A DNA stretch of 63,351 nt, counting the filler, from Octopus bimaculoides (taxonomy: Eukaryota), in assembly GCF_001194135.2 (NCBI RefSeq). It is 6 parts of 6 records of this genome, joined end to end, with 100 filler letters (N's around TTAATTAATTAA, not from the genome) between each part and the next. Parts side by side here need not be neighbours in the genome. Positions count along the whole stretch, not along the records: positions 1 to 26,740 come from NC_068986.1; positions 26,841 to 35,759 come from NC_068988.1; positions 35,860 to 49,241 come from NW_026421422.1; 3 more parts are not named here. One strand, given 5' to 3'. The number at the start of each line of letters is the position of its first letter. Positions within the stretch are counted from its first letter, which is position 1. Under the pieces are notes generated by a model. It was given only the letters and a program-made list of their open reading frames with translations, was not told the origin of the DNA and did no database searches. Positions 24,931 to 36,608 of the stretch are shown here, one piece after another. The position numbers and the translations under genes were made by a program.

Positions 24931-26586
24931 TGTTTCCCCGAAAATAAGACCTAGTCAAAAATGCATCAGCTTGTTAGTAAGACCATGTGATGTTTGCAAA
25001 ATAAACCAACTACCGCAGTTTGGCTAAAGCCTGCACTAAGCGTGTATGCGCGTAGATGACTCTCTTGGCTTGACTCCCTTGTCCTCCAGGCCAGGCGAGT
25101 GCAAAAAGAAAGAGTTATTCTATAGAGTACAAGAAAGGAATTGTGGAAGAGTCACATAACAGGAATCTTACGGCTTTTTGTAAGGAGAAGATTTTGAATC
25201 TTCGAATGGTTCGAAAATGGCGAGTGGAGTACGATAGTCTCAGCAGACAGTTTGATGAGGGAAGTGCTAACAAGCGCAAATGTAGACCATGTCGACAACC
25301 GTTAATTTCGGAGCTGGAAGATATCACCTCGGGATGGATTGCTGACAGATGAGCACAGGTTTTGGTTGTACGCAAGGCTGATATTCAACAATTTGCTCTT
25401 GCAATGGCACCACAGTTGGATATACCCCAGAGATATTCAAAGCATCACCTCATTGGTTGGATAACTGCCTTCGGTGATATGAGCTCTCTCTAAGCAGATC
25501 GACCACTCTGTTCAAGCTAGAGGATGCTGAAGTGCTTCAACGTGCACTTGCATTCCTTCGTTGATGGCATCGACTTTTCTAAATACAATCTCTCCATAGA
25601 ATTGCTATGGAGGAGACTGTAGTATTTGTGGGCTAAGGATCTAAAATGACAATTGAACAGACAAGTGGCTCGTCAATCTACGTTCCTTCAACGGGTTACG
25701 AAAGTTCAAGTGTGACTTGTATTTTAGCAATTCGTTTTCATGGAACAAAAGTCCCACCGCTTATGATCAGAAAGGGCTAAAAAGATAAAAATAGAACGTA
25801 TTTCGGGCATATATGTCCTTGAAACGGAAATGGCTTGGTGCACACAAGCTGCTATAAGAAAATGGGTTGATTTAACTATGCCACTTGTTTTACGTTTTTT
25901 GGAAAGAGGTCCTTTAGTCTGAGATTCGGCCAGTACTCATCACGCGAAAGATATGAGAACCTTCCTCTCTGATAGAAGAATTGACTACATAATGATTCCC
26001 ACAGGAATGACTGCATATCTACAAACATTAGATCTTGTAATAAACAAGCCCTTCAAGGTTTATTTGCGGATGGAAGTGAATGAATATATGGAACATAGAA
26101 TGGAGAGAAATCAGCGTGAAAACTTTGTCAAGCCTAACCTCCAAGAAGTCCTGAATTGGGTGAAGAATTCATGGAATAAAATTACCGACAGTTGCGTTGC
26201 TAATGCACTACGAGCAGAGTACTTGATCAAAATAGTGTTCATTTAAGGAAAGTTATATTGCCAAACATGAGAGATTGGGGCCCATGATTCTACAGGAAAT
26301 GGATTTACGAGGACGTCAGTCTGAAGTTCGGGGTTTTATGATTTATAACGATGTTCCAGAAGAGGACGAAATGTTTGCTAAAAACAAGAACCAAATAAAT
26401 AAAATTTTCATAACTAAAAACATGAGTTTCCTTTTTACAATTTTTTTTCTTTTACGCGAGGACATAAGACTTTTTTTGTCTTGGATTTTTTCCGCAAATA
26501 TAAGATATCTCCTGAAAATAAGCCCTAGTGCGTTTTTTGGATGCAAAATTAATATTAGACTGGGTCTTATTTTCGGGGAAACACGG
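24931..26586 (+). mobile_element. pogo-superfamily (DD35D, POGK/Passer-like) transposon, near full length, inactive
   Basis: TIRs TGTTTCCCCGAAAATAAGACCTAGTC (24931-24956) and GACTGGGTCTTATTTTCGGGGAAACA (26558-26583). Decayed ORF ~25100-26380: HTH/CENP-B-like N-part (FKASPHWLD), AMEET, *DSASTH, IPTGMTAYLQTLDLVINKPFK; 35 residues between the 2nd and 3rd Asp. Confidence 0.92.
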
Positions 26587-26588
26587 CG

Positions 26589-26624
<36 letters not shown>

Positions 26625-26700
26625 AACATATATATATACACACACATATACACATATCTCTCTCTTTCTCGCTCTCTCTCTCTCTTTCTCGCTCTCTCTC

Positions 26701-26739
<39 letters not shown>

Positions 26740-26740
26740 G

Positions 26741-26840
26741 NNNNNNNNNNNNNNNNNNNNNNNNNNNNNNNNNNNNNNNNNNNNTTAATTAATTAANNNN
26801 NNNNNNNNNNNNNNNNNNNNNNNNNNNNNNNNNNNNNNNN
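26741..26840. other. Artificial 100-bp scaffold join (44N-TTAATTAATTAA-44N)
   Basis: Same structure at 35760-35859, 49242-49341, 55821-55920 and 62115-62214. Confidence 0.9.
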
Positions 26841-26911
26841 ATATGTGAACATATATCTATATCTGTATGTATGTATGTATCTGTCTGTCTGTTTGTCTGT
26901 CTATCTATCTG

Positions 26912-26989
<78 letters not shown>

Positions 26990-27194
26990 AAGCTAGCTAG
27001 CTATATCTCTCTCTCTCTCTCTGTGTGTGAGTATATACATATATACTGGGTTGGCCACTAAGTTTCCGCCGTTTAAAAAAAAATTTGGAATTTATTGCAT
27101 TTTTAAATTTTGGAATCTACTTTTTTCGAGAATTCTATTTTTGAATCATTTTTTAATCTATTTTGTTTTTTGTATGTATGTATGTGTGTGTATG

Positions 27195-27410
27195 TGTATG
27201 TGTGCGTGTGTGTTTGTCCCCACCACCGTTTGACAATCGGTGTTGGTGTGTTTATGTCCCCAAAACTTAGCGGTTCGGCAACAGAGTTCGATAGAATCGG
27301 TCTCTGTACCAGGCTTTAAAAAATAGTACTAGGGTAGATTCATTTGACTAAAAATTCTTCAAGCTAGTGCCCCCACTTGGCCGCAGTCCAATGACTGAAA
27401 CAAGTAAAAG
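27195..27410 (+). mobile_element. SINE family C 3' half
   Basis: TTTGTCCCCACCACC...AACTTAGCGGTTCGGCAA...GGCCGCAGTCCAATGACTGAAACAAGTAAAAG. Confidence 0.85.
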
Positions 27411-27954
27411 AAAAATTACACACACACACACAGACATACACACACACACATACACACACACACACACATGAAAAAATATAGTTATATGCTTACATGTACG
27501 TATACATATATATTTATGTTTATATAAATACACACAGATATAGATATATACACAAACATATATGAGTATAAAATATGATATAACTTATTATTAGCTTCCA
27601 TATTGCTTTCTTAATCTAGTTTTTAAAGGTACACAACCGTTGGATATTTTTGGACTTTTGTGCATTAGTAATGGCACCACTGTTAATGCCGTGCGCTTTC
27701 TCCATTAAATAAACTGATATTTGCATCGGGATGCATTTTGAGTTACATCTCGAGAATAAACATTTAACCTTACATACATTAAACCACACACACACACACA
27801 CACACGGAAACACATACATATGCACAGACGTTCTCACAGAGACGTGCCTGTATATGTGTATGAATGTATGTATGGATAAATGTTTATTCTGAAAATAAAA
27901 ATGTAAATACCTCCACTTGCAAATATTCGCTTATGATATTAAGTGCTCGTGCCT

Positions 27955-28105
27955 GGGTGGTAAGAAGCATGTTGTCCAACCACATGGTCCCGGGTTCAGT
28001 CCTACTCCGTGGCACGTTGGGCAAGTGTCTTCTACTATAGCCTCGGGCCGATTAAAGCATTGTGAGTGGATTTGGTAGACGGAAACTGAAAGAAGCCCGT
28101 CCTAT
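27955..28105 (+). mobile_element. SINE family C 5' part
   Basis: GGTCCCGGGTTCAGTCC...GGGCAAGTGTCTTCTACTATAGCCTCGGGCCG. Confidence 0.88.
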
Positions 28106-28412
28106 GTATATATATATATATATTATATATATAATAAAAATACACATTGTGTACAGGACATCACCAAAATACGCATCAGTTTATGAAATGGCAATGAAGA
28201 AAAATAAACAACATTAAAATATGTCAATTACTAGTGTATACCGGACTATATAGGCAAAACACCTCCCAACAAAACAACAACAACCCAAACCATAAAACAC
28301 AACATTCTGATTGATGGTCACAGCTGAAATGCTCTTGCCTGTAGGTCTGCTCGATTAAGACCAACGATCTGTGGTTAAATAAGAACAACTGAGTTTCCGT
28401 CGATTTCGACGA

Positions 28413-28710
28413 CGAGTGTCCCAGTTGATCCGATCAGCGGAATAGTCTGCTCATGAAATTAACCTGCAAGTAGCTGAGCATTCCACAGACACGCTTACCC
28501 TTAACGTAGTTCTCAGGGTGATTCATTGTGACACAGAGTGTGACAAGGTTGGCCCTTTGAAATACAAGTACAACTCATTTTTGCCAGTTGAGTGGATTGC
28601 ACCAACGTGAAATGAAGTGTCTTGCTCAAGGACACAATGTGTCGCCTGGAATCGAACTCACGACCATACGATCGTGAACCGAGTATCTTAACTACTAAAC
28701 TACGCATCTA
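28413..28710 (-). mobile_element. tRNA-head SINE sharing the family B tail
   Basis: Minus head GTAGTTTAGTAGTTAAG...GAGTTCGATTCC, core GTGTCCTTGAGCAAGACACTT, tail identical in type to 4300-4458. Confidence 0.85.
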
Positions 28711-29087
28711 CACAAGCACAAGGGCATGAAGAACAACAAGCTTAATATTTGACAGGTTCTTGCTTCATCAGCCTTAGTAGTACTTCAATGTTTCTTACTA
28801 TATCGATCGACCCCTGCATTTAACTTCATTGTTGTATCTCGGAAGGGTCATTACTCCAATATTGGTTCTATTTCACTTCTTCGTTTTGTATTCTTCAAGT
28901 GATTGACTAGTTAACCAATTAACTAATCAATTGTTTGATTAATCGTTCGATTAAATAAACAATCAGTTAGGTTTATCAAAGTCCTTTCGTCGTCATTCGC
29001 GAACTCATCAATGAAAGGCTCTTCCTCTTCTCCAGGTCTGTTTGTCTTATTTTATCGAACCCTGAGAGGAGAGGAAAAATAAGCATC

Positions 29088-29256
29088 CAGTGGCATAGCT
29101 AGAGTGAGCGCCGCTCGGGACAGCCATTGAACTTGCCGCCCAACCTCTTGGCCCCACAAGCCTGCACAAGCTTATACAGCAAACCCCAAAGTACTGCCTC
29201 CATAAAAGAGTCACCCGAGATGGACTGCTCCTCGCCTCTTCCCAGCTATGCTACTG
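29088..29256. mobile_element. hAT-type MITE, 169 bp
   Basis: TIRs CAGTGGCATAGCTAG / CCAGCTATGCTACTG (13/15); 8-bp TSD TAAGCATC (29080-87) and TAAGTATC (29257-64), 7/8. Confidence 0.85.
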
Positions 29257-30559
29257 TAAGTATCGGTTGCTATTTGAATATAGAACATGCACAACCGCAT
29301 CTAAACACATCAAGTTTATCTAACGGCTGCTCTAGATCTTCTCAAACAACATGACAAACAATGCAACGAAAACAAAAGAAAATGATGGCGCACTGCAACA
29401 AACAAAAGAAGATGCACAAAGACGCAGAGAGAAAATGAAATAAAGTGTAGTACACGAACTGAACAAGAAGGATAAAGAATAGAATTTGCGCTCCGGTGAT
29501 TATCGAAGAGGTAATCATTTCCCACTTTGCAGTATTTGAAAGAGAAATGTAAACAAAACACATTGCTCACTCCTGTGTCCACGATTAATGTCATAATATT
29601 TCGTTCTTTTAAATCAGACCTGTATATCAGACAAACAATTCCCTCTAGACATTACCTCAAGTGGTTTAGAGAAACTTCTGTCTTCCATATATCTCGTCTG
29701 GTTTTGGGGAAAAAGTTACACCGGATGCTTTGGAAGTGTACGTCTGTGTAAATTCGTACACGCAGACGTGTGTGCATATGCGTATACATGCGCACATACA
29801 AGCACACACACTGCTATACGCACATACATATATACATTTATAAAGTTTAGATTTATGATAGATATGTATAAATACATACACAGACACACACGAATATATA
29901 CAAAGAAACTGTAATTGTACNNNNNNNNNNNNNNNNNNNNNNNNNNNNNNNNNNNNNNNNNNNNNNNNNNNNNNNNNNNNNNNNNNNNNNNNNNNNNNNN
30001 NNNNNNNNNNNNNNNNNNNNNNNNNNNNNNNNNNNNNNNNNNNNNNNNNNNNNNNNNNNNNNNNNNNNNNNNNNNNNNNNNNNNNNNNNNNNNNNNNNNN
30101 NNNNNNNNNNNNNNNNNNNNNNNNNNNNNNNNNNNNNNNNNNNNNNNNNNNNNNNNNNNNNNNNNNNNNNNNNNNNNNNNNNNNNNNNNNNNNNNNNNNN
30201 NNNNNNNNNNNNNNNNNNNNNNNNNNNNNNNNNNNNNNNNNNNNNNNNNNNNNNNNNNNNNNNNNNNNNNNNNNNNNNNNNNNNNNNNNNNNNNNNNNNN
30301 NNNNNNNNNNNNNNNNNNNNNNNNNNNNNNNNNNNNNNNNNNNNNNNNNNNNNNNNNNNNNNNNNNNNNNNNNNNNNNNNNNNNNNNNNNNNNNNNNNNN
30401 NNNNATATTAATTAATTTCGTTTTGAGAACAATTTAGGTCTTAATAGACACAAGATGTGATCTATTTCTAGCACATTGAATGTCCACGTTAGTGGTCAAC
30501 GTTATATATTAAAAAAAAAAAAATATATATATAGATTGCTAGCCACTATACATTCTTTT

Positions 30560-30665
30560 TTTTTCTCTCCTTGTTTCTTTCTGTGTTCCTTTCTGTGGAA
30601 GAGCGTAGGCTCGAAACGTTAAAGACTTTTTCACTTCCCGAGCGTTATACTAATACATCTGTATT
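30560..30665 (+). mobile_element. Penelope-like element terminal fragment
   Basis: CT-rich run followed by GAAGAGCGTAGGCTCGAAACGT (stem-loop plus GAAACGT, typical of PLE ends); homologous minus-strand copy at ~43695-43790. Confidence 0.5.
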
Positions 30666-30671
30666 AGCAAC

Positions 30672-31030
30672 CTTTGGCAAGTGTCTTCTGCTATAGCCTC
30701 GAGCTGACCAAAGCCTTGTGAGTGGATTTGGTGAACGGAAACTGAAAGAAGCCCGTCGTATATATATATATATATACACATACATACATATATATATATG
30801 TATGTGCGTGTGTGTGTTTGTGTGTGTGTTTGTGTGTGTATGTTTGTTCCCCCACCATCACTTGACAACCAATGTTGGTGTGTTTATGTTCCCGTAATCT
30901 TGCGGTTCAGCAAAAGAGAGTGATAGAATGAGTACTAGGTTTACGAAGAATAAGTCCTGGGGTCGATATTTGTTCGAGTAAAGGCGGTGCTCCAGCATGG
31001 CCGCAATCAAATGACTGAAACAAGTAAAAA
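30672..31030 (+). mobile_element. SINE family C, 5'-truncated, with internal (TA/TG)n
   Basis: GGCAAGTGTCTTCTGCTATAGCCTCG through GGCCGCAATCAAATGACTGAAACAAGTAAAA. Confidence 0.9.
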
Positions 31031-32719
31031 AAAAAATAATAAACCATAAAATAAATTTTCTATTTTTCAAAATGAAACAAAATTCACAGAAAAATGGAAA
31101 ATAATGTTTATTTTTGTGTGCATCAATTTATATTTGAAAAGTTTTCTCCATCGTTTTTTTCTATTTTATAATTGGAAAGCGTTCGATGATATCATTAATA
31201 TTAATTTTACGTAAAACTTCTGCTTTTATACTTAGTAGAGATAAAGCATTACGAATATTATTTTAGCAAGTTTTAAGATTTCTTTTTTAAGATTTCTTTC
31301 ATGCCGTAAACCATTTCCATTTGTGTGGTGTCCCCTCTTTCCCTTGATGCGCTAATCACGTGCTTATTTTGATTAATGGGTTAATCCAGCGCTGGCCTTC
31401 ACGACGCACGCACACACACACACACACACACACATGCATGTGTATATGTGAATGGATAGCCACTGATTCCAAAGCGGCTATCTATCCACATATACATATG
31501 GATCATAATTATTATTATGTCGCGACAACACATATAAACCGAGAGCAGCTCAAACACCTTCAGGTACACAATGGTCGTTGGAATATTCTTCTCTACTCCT
31601 TCACTTGCAAGTATGATATCCACCAACACGTGCATAGTGCTGTGAATGAGCCGCCACCATTATTATTCCAGAAATAACTGTTGTTTAAGGCGGCGAGCTG
31701 GCAGACACGTTAGCGCGCCGAGCGAAATGCTTAACGGTATTTCGTCTGACTTGTACCCCATGGAAGCCAGGTAATTGGCCCTACGAGTCCTAATACTCCA
31801 GACAGTATTTGCTTTTTTTCTTATGTCCGTTTTAAGGTGATATAATCTAAGGAAATTTTCACTGCTATTTCTAGCAGACCGAACAATCACATAGACTATC
31901 CTCCATTGGTTCACCTTTTAGTGGATGTATGCCTCTGTGTTTGTGACATAGTTCGCAATTCCAATTTCTGATTGAACTTGTATAGCGTTCATATTTCCTG
32001 CCTACGGTCTATCAGTAATTACCGATATACAGAAGTATGGAATCTTTAATAAGTTTCTGCATGTTCTTCTGCCCATACTGACTTTCCGACAAGTATGAAA
32101 GCAAAATCATTAGTGCTATCCAAACATTTTTATCCAGTCTGCATATCTAACGTTTTTCAGTCACTTAGATTACACGAATTCATTCTCATATCATTTCATC
32201 TCAGTCTACAGTTTTAGCCGCCATTATCTCTGGCTCAGTTTTCGAATATATATATATATATTTCTCTTCTCTTCTCTTTCAATATATGTCATCATTCCTA
32301 ACCCGTTGGTTAGTTAAGTGAAATCAGGGAAAACATATCAAGACATATTTCTTAATGTAAGACCAGACAAAGAATCATTAATAATGCAATAGCCTAGCAA
32401 TTTTTTTTTTTATCATCAATTGGAGATCCATGAGACAAGCATCACATCTGAATATCATTAATTGCCTATTATACGAGCAAAGTCAAACTATTGTATCAAA
32501 TTCGGAAGTTACAGACTAATGAATGTATTTATTTTCTGTGTATTATAATAACTATATGCTTAGAAATCTATACTGATGTATGTATTAATTTCCTCACTGA
32601 AATTTAGAATGTATCACTTTTGATTTTCATTTAACTTCAGGAAATAGCTTCAATTGCTTTCCGTAAAGTGTAGCAAGCTTTCGCTTTGCAACTCTGCAAA
32701 CAAGCTAAAATTTTATAGG

Positions 32720-33085
32720 GCAGACGAACGCAGCGATCTGGCAAAATCGTTAGCACGCCGGGCTAATTGTTTCCTGGCATTTTATCCGTGTTTGTGTTCA
32801 GAGTTCAAATTCCGCCGACGTCTGCTCTGCACCCCCACTTCCAATCCTTATGGGGATCTATAAAATAAGTATCACTTGAGTTCTGGGGGACGATGTAATC
32901 GATTTACTTCCCCACCCATCCAAAATTACTGGCCTTGTACCAAAACCTAAATCAATATTTTAAAGGAGGCAGCTAAAGGGTCGAACTGGCAGAATTGTTA
33001 GCAGTATTTCGTCCGTCTTACGTTCTGAGTTTAAATTCCGCCGGGGACCAATAAAAAAAATAAATACCAGTTGAGCACTGGGGTC
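32720..33085 (+). mobile_element. Two adjacent degenerate SINE family A copies
   Basis: Two CTGGCA(A/G)AAT heads with GAGTT(C/T)AAATTCCGCCG bodies. Confidence 0.65.
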
Positions 33086-33739
33086 GTGAAGTGACAAACT
33101 AATGCGGTATTTTGTTATGTACCTTCATATTTTGAGTTCAAATCTTATCGAGGTTGATTGAAGTAAAACCTGTGTCAAATAACGGAACGCCATAGCGAAC
33201 AGTGACAAAAACAGTCAAAGCAAATCGATCGGATGTTGTTACCAGAAAGAGGAAAAGGTTACGCAGACTGTCGTGAGTGAGCAACTGTGTTTCAAAACGA
33301 ACTACTGAACGAATCTCTAGACCAGCTGGAAATAATAGCAAAATCTACTGAAATTACATTCTACAAAATTGTACAGGGAAGTACATATTTGATTATGTTG
33401 TCCTAGATGTACAAGGATCAAGAGATGGACTAGATAGTCAAGGCTGGAACGCCTTTGGTCACAGAGCTACCCTAAGGCTAAACATAAGGCAAATAAATAA
33501 ATAAATAAATAAAAACTGTATATTACGAAGGAGTTTGGTTATGGTCTATGCGATTTCTTAAACATAGAATCTCATATTTGTAGATGGCAAATAAACGAGC
33601 AATTGTGACCTGTATGCCTTTTTCAGTTGCATAAATGTCTAAAATCTTAAAGTATATCCAGATTACAAACTCAAACTTTTATAGAGATTTGTTGTTATAG
33701 ACAAAAACTTTTTTGTTTTAGAAAATTAGATACAGTCAC

Positions 33740-33895
33740 AAGTATGGTTGTGTGGTAAGAAGTTTGCTTCCAAAGCACATGGCTCCAGGTTTAGCCCTAC
33801 TGCGTGATGCCTTGGGCAAGTGTTTTCTATTATAACCTTAGGCCGATCAAATCCTTGTTGGCGGGTTTGTTGGACTAAAACTGAAACAAGTCCGT

Positions 33896-33900
<5 letters not shown>
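33740..33900 (+). mobile_element. SINE family C 5' part
   Basis: GTGGTAAGAAGTTTGCTTCC...CCTTGGGCAAGTGT. Confidence 0.75.
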
Positions 33901-33951
<51 letters not shown>

Positions 33952-34221
33952 GGTAAGCGCATAAATGTGAATCAAGGTGGAAGATGGCGAAGAAGAATAA
34001 TCTTTTCTTTTGGAATATAGATGGCGACGAACTCTGAGGAATTAGGCTACGGACGGAAATAATGTGGAAGCGTAACAATGGAGAATTGAAACAATGTCGT
34101 GGACTCATCTTAGGAGAATAATAACATCATTCAGAATGAATAAAGAACTGAAATATCAGATTTGCAGGAATTGTAACTGATTTCCACTCTCAGCAAGAAA
34201 AACAAAACAGAAAATCCAATG

Positions 34222-34437
34222 ACGATGAGTGTTCCAGTTGGTTCGATCGACGGAACAGCCTGCTCGTGAAATTAACGTGCAAGTAGCTGAGCACTCCACA
34301 GATAGACACTGGTATCTTTAACGTAGCTCTCAAGGAGATTCAGCGTGACACAGAATGTGACAAGGCTGGGTCTTTTAAATTACAGGTACAATCATTTTTT
34401 GCCAGTTAAGTGGACTGGAGCAACGTGAAATAAAGTG
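34222..34437 (-). mobile_element. SINE with family B tail, 5'-truncated
   Basis: CAGCCTGCTCGTGAAATTAACGTGCAAGTAGCTGAGCACTCCACAGA. Confidence 0.85.
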
Positions 34438-34903
34438 TACCCTAACCATTAAGCCACACGCCTCAGTCCCACCATATTTGATATTCAAACACCGTTTGTT
34501 AAAACAGCAGAAGTTTTTTGGATATACGCTAGTTCTTTGGCGAGAAGTTTGTAGAAACAATACGAAAAGTTTAATAAATGTATTACTATCTTATCATTTT
34601 ATTCTTATCAGTAGAAGTCTAACTCTGGAGAAATTTAGCGTTCAATAGAGAAATAGAATATATTAATTTATGTGATTATTCACTTTTTCACTATATATNN
34701 NNNNNNNNNNNNNNNNNNNNNNNNNNNNNNNNNNNNNNNNNNNNNNNNNNNNNNNNNNNNNNNNNNNNNNNNNNNNNNNNNNNNNNNNNNNNNNNNNNNN
34801 NNNNNNNNNNNNNNNNNNNNNNNNNNNNNNNNNNNNNNNNNNNNNNNNNNNNNNNNNNNNNNNNNNNNNNNNNNNNNNNNNNNNNNNNNNNNNNNNNNNN
34901 NNN

Positions 34904-34956
<53 letters not shown>

Positions 34957-35240
34957 ATATGTATATATGTCTGAAGTTATGTTATGTAAGCAAGAACTAC
35001 ATTGAAATTCATTGAAATTAATAAATATGTGAATTGTTATACATATTTTAAATATTTGCAAACAAAAGCAGACGAGAAGATTGTAACTTTCCTTCAATTA
35101 TTTTTTCTGATATGAATTTTTTTATACATTTAAAGATGATATTCGTTACATGTAAGAAAATAATGTTATTTTATGAACTATGAATTCATATTACTTTTTT
35201 TGTTAACTCCAAGTTTTATCAAACTTCTCTTTACTTTCAG

Positions 35241-35305
35241 AGAACAAAAGTTACTAGCAAATACTGCCACGTTCTCTGTAAAGCTTTTTCAAGAGAATCT
35301 AATCG
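35241..35305 (+). CDS. Candidate upstream exon of the coiled-coil gene
   Basis: Acceptor CTTCTCTTTACTTTCAG and donor CG/GTAATT. The phase-2 frame (EQKLLANTATFSVKLFQENLI) is open and ends in phase 1, matching the next exon. An artificial assembly join separates it from that exon. Confidence 0.4.
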
Positions 35306-35871
35306 GTAATTTCATTTGAATCAGTAATCTCTCGACTATATTCGTATGTCTTTTCCATTTTTGTCACTAAGCCAAATTTCTAAAGTCATTATTTTATTAC
35401 GGCTATGTCCCATTTTTTTCTACGTTGAGGATGTTTTGTTTCAACAACAACGGCATCAAATTACCGGTAATTTAGCGTAAAAATAATAGCAACGTAAACA
35501 ATAAAAAGAAAGATATCCCTTACAATAAAGAATGTCTGGAACTATAATTTCATTTGACAAATTGTAATGCAGAAGCGTATCCTTTGTTTGTCTACCCTAA
35601 TTGCTGCTTAGTATTTGAAAATGGTTTATTTCATGTGAAATAACATTCATTATAGTTTCTTAAACCAAATAAAGTATTTAACAAGATTTTTACGATAGAA
35701 ACATATTGGCTCAATGGCAAAACATTTCATCAGAATTATATATATATATGTATATATATNNNNNNNNNNNNNNNNNNNNNNNNNNNNNNNNNNNNNNNNN
35801 NNNTTAATTAATTAANNNNNNNNNNNNNNNNNNNNNNNNNNNNNNNNNNNNNNNNNNNNGTTCTTTAACAG

Positions 35872-35997
35872 AATCTCTATCGAAAGAAAACAAGGAACTT
35901 CTGGAGAAGGTCAAGACCCTCGAGGAACAATTAGCTAAGAAAAATGCTGAGGCTAACCATTCGTTAGCCAATGGTAATGCTGATGCTTCTGAGGATG
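35872..35997 (+). CDS. Internal exon, unidentified coiled-coil protein
   Basis: Acceptor TTCTTTAACAG, donor G/GTAAGT; 126 nt, phase 1-1; (E)SLSKENKELLEKVKTLEEQLAKKNAEANHSLANGNADASED with heptad-like Leu spacing. Confidence 0.88.
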
Positions 35998-36067
35998 GTA
36001 AGTCTCTGTCTTTGGAATGGTACAACTTTAGATAGCCCCCTCTTACCTTTGGGTACCTAATAGTAAG

Positions 36068-36215
36068 GGTTAGGCGGCGCGCTGGCAGAAACGTTAACAC
36101 CGCCGGGCGAAATGCTTAGCGGTATTTCGTCTGCCGTTACATTCTGAGTTCAAATTCCGTCGAGGCCGACTTTGCCTTTCATCCTTTCGGGGGTCGATTA
36201 AATAAGTACCAGTTA
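36068..36215 (+). mobile_element. SINE family A in intron
   Basis: GCTGGCAGAAACGTTAACACCGCCGGGCG head and core. Confidence 0.88.
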
Positions 36216-36462
36216 CCCTGTAAAAGAACTTGGAAGATTGTGCCTCTAACCAGGCCTTTCGTGATGTCCTTAAAAGCCAGCAACTTTCCAGCAATCCCTC
36301 ACAATATAAATTCCTCATCTCAGAAATATGGAATTGTGTTGTCTCTGAACTTGTGAAAAATAGTAGCCAAATCTCCCTCAGGTTCCCCTCTACCCCACTG
36401 AAAATAGAGATGGGGATAGGTATGTGACCTAACTGACCCCTACTTTTGTTCTCTATCAACAG

Positions 36463-36512
36463 ACAGTGTTGTTTCACAGCTGAAGAAAGAAAATGAAGTA
36501 AGTTTAGAGGAG
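36463..36512 (+). CDS. Internal exon of the same gene (alternative end at 36497)
   Basis: Branch-like CTAACTGAC, acceptor TTTTGTTCTCTATCAACAG, phase-1 start; DSVVSQLKKENE(VSLEE); GTAAGT donors at 36498 and 36513, both phase 0. Confidence 0.85.
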
Positions 36513-36608
36513 GTAAGTTTTATGATTACATTGTTGCAGATGGTACCTATTTACAGCTACATGGACTGGGCACAACAGGAATACATATATATATATATAT
36601 ATATATAT

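Noticed and set aside
27044-27170. Mariner-like TIR start (TA-CTGGGTTGGCCACTAAGTTT)
   Set aside because: No partner TIR or transposase sequence found nearby.
33196-33272. Phase-compatible upstream exon (RTVTKTVKANRSDVVTRKRKRLRRL) with GTGAGT donor
   Set aside because: The acceptor has no pyrimidine tract; phase match alone is expected by chance.
34021-34168. Exon-like segment starting ATGGCG after a TAG acceptor
   Set aside because: Early stops in all three frames and no good donor.
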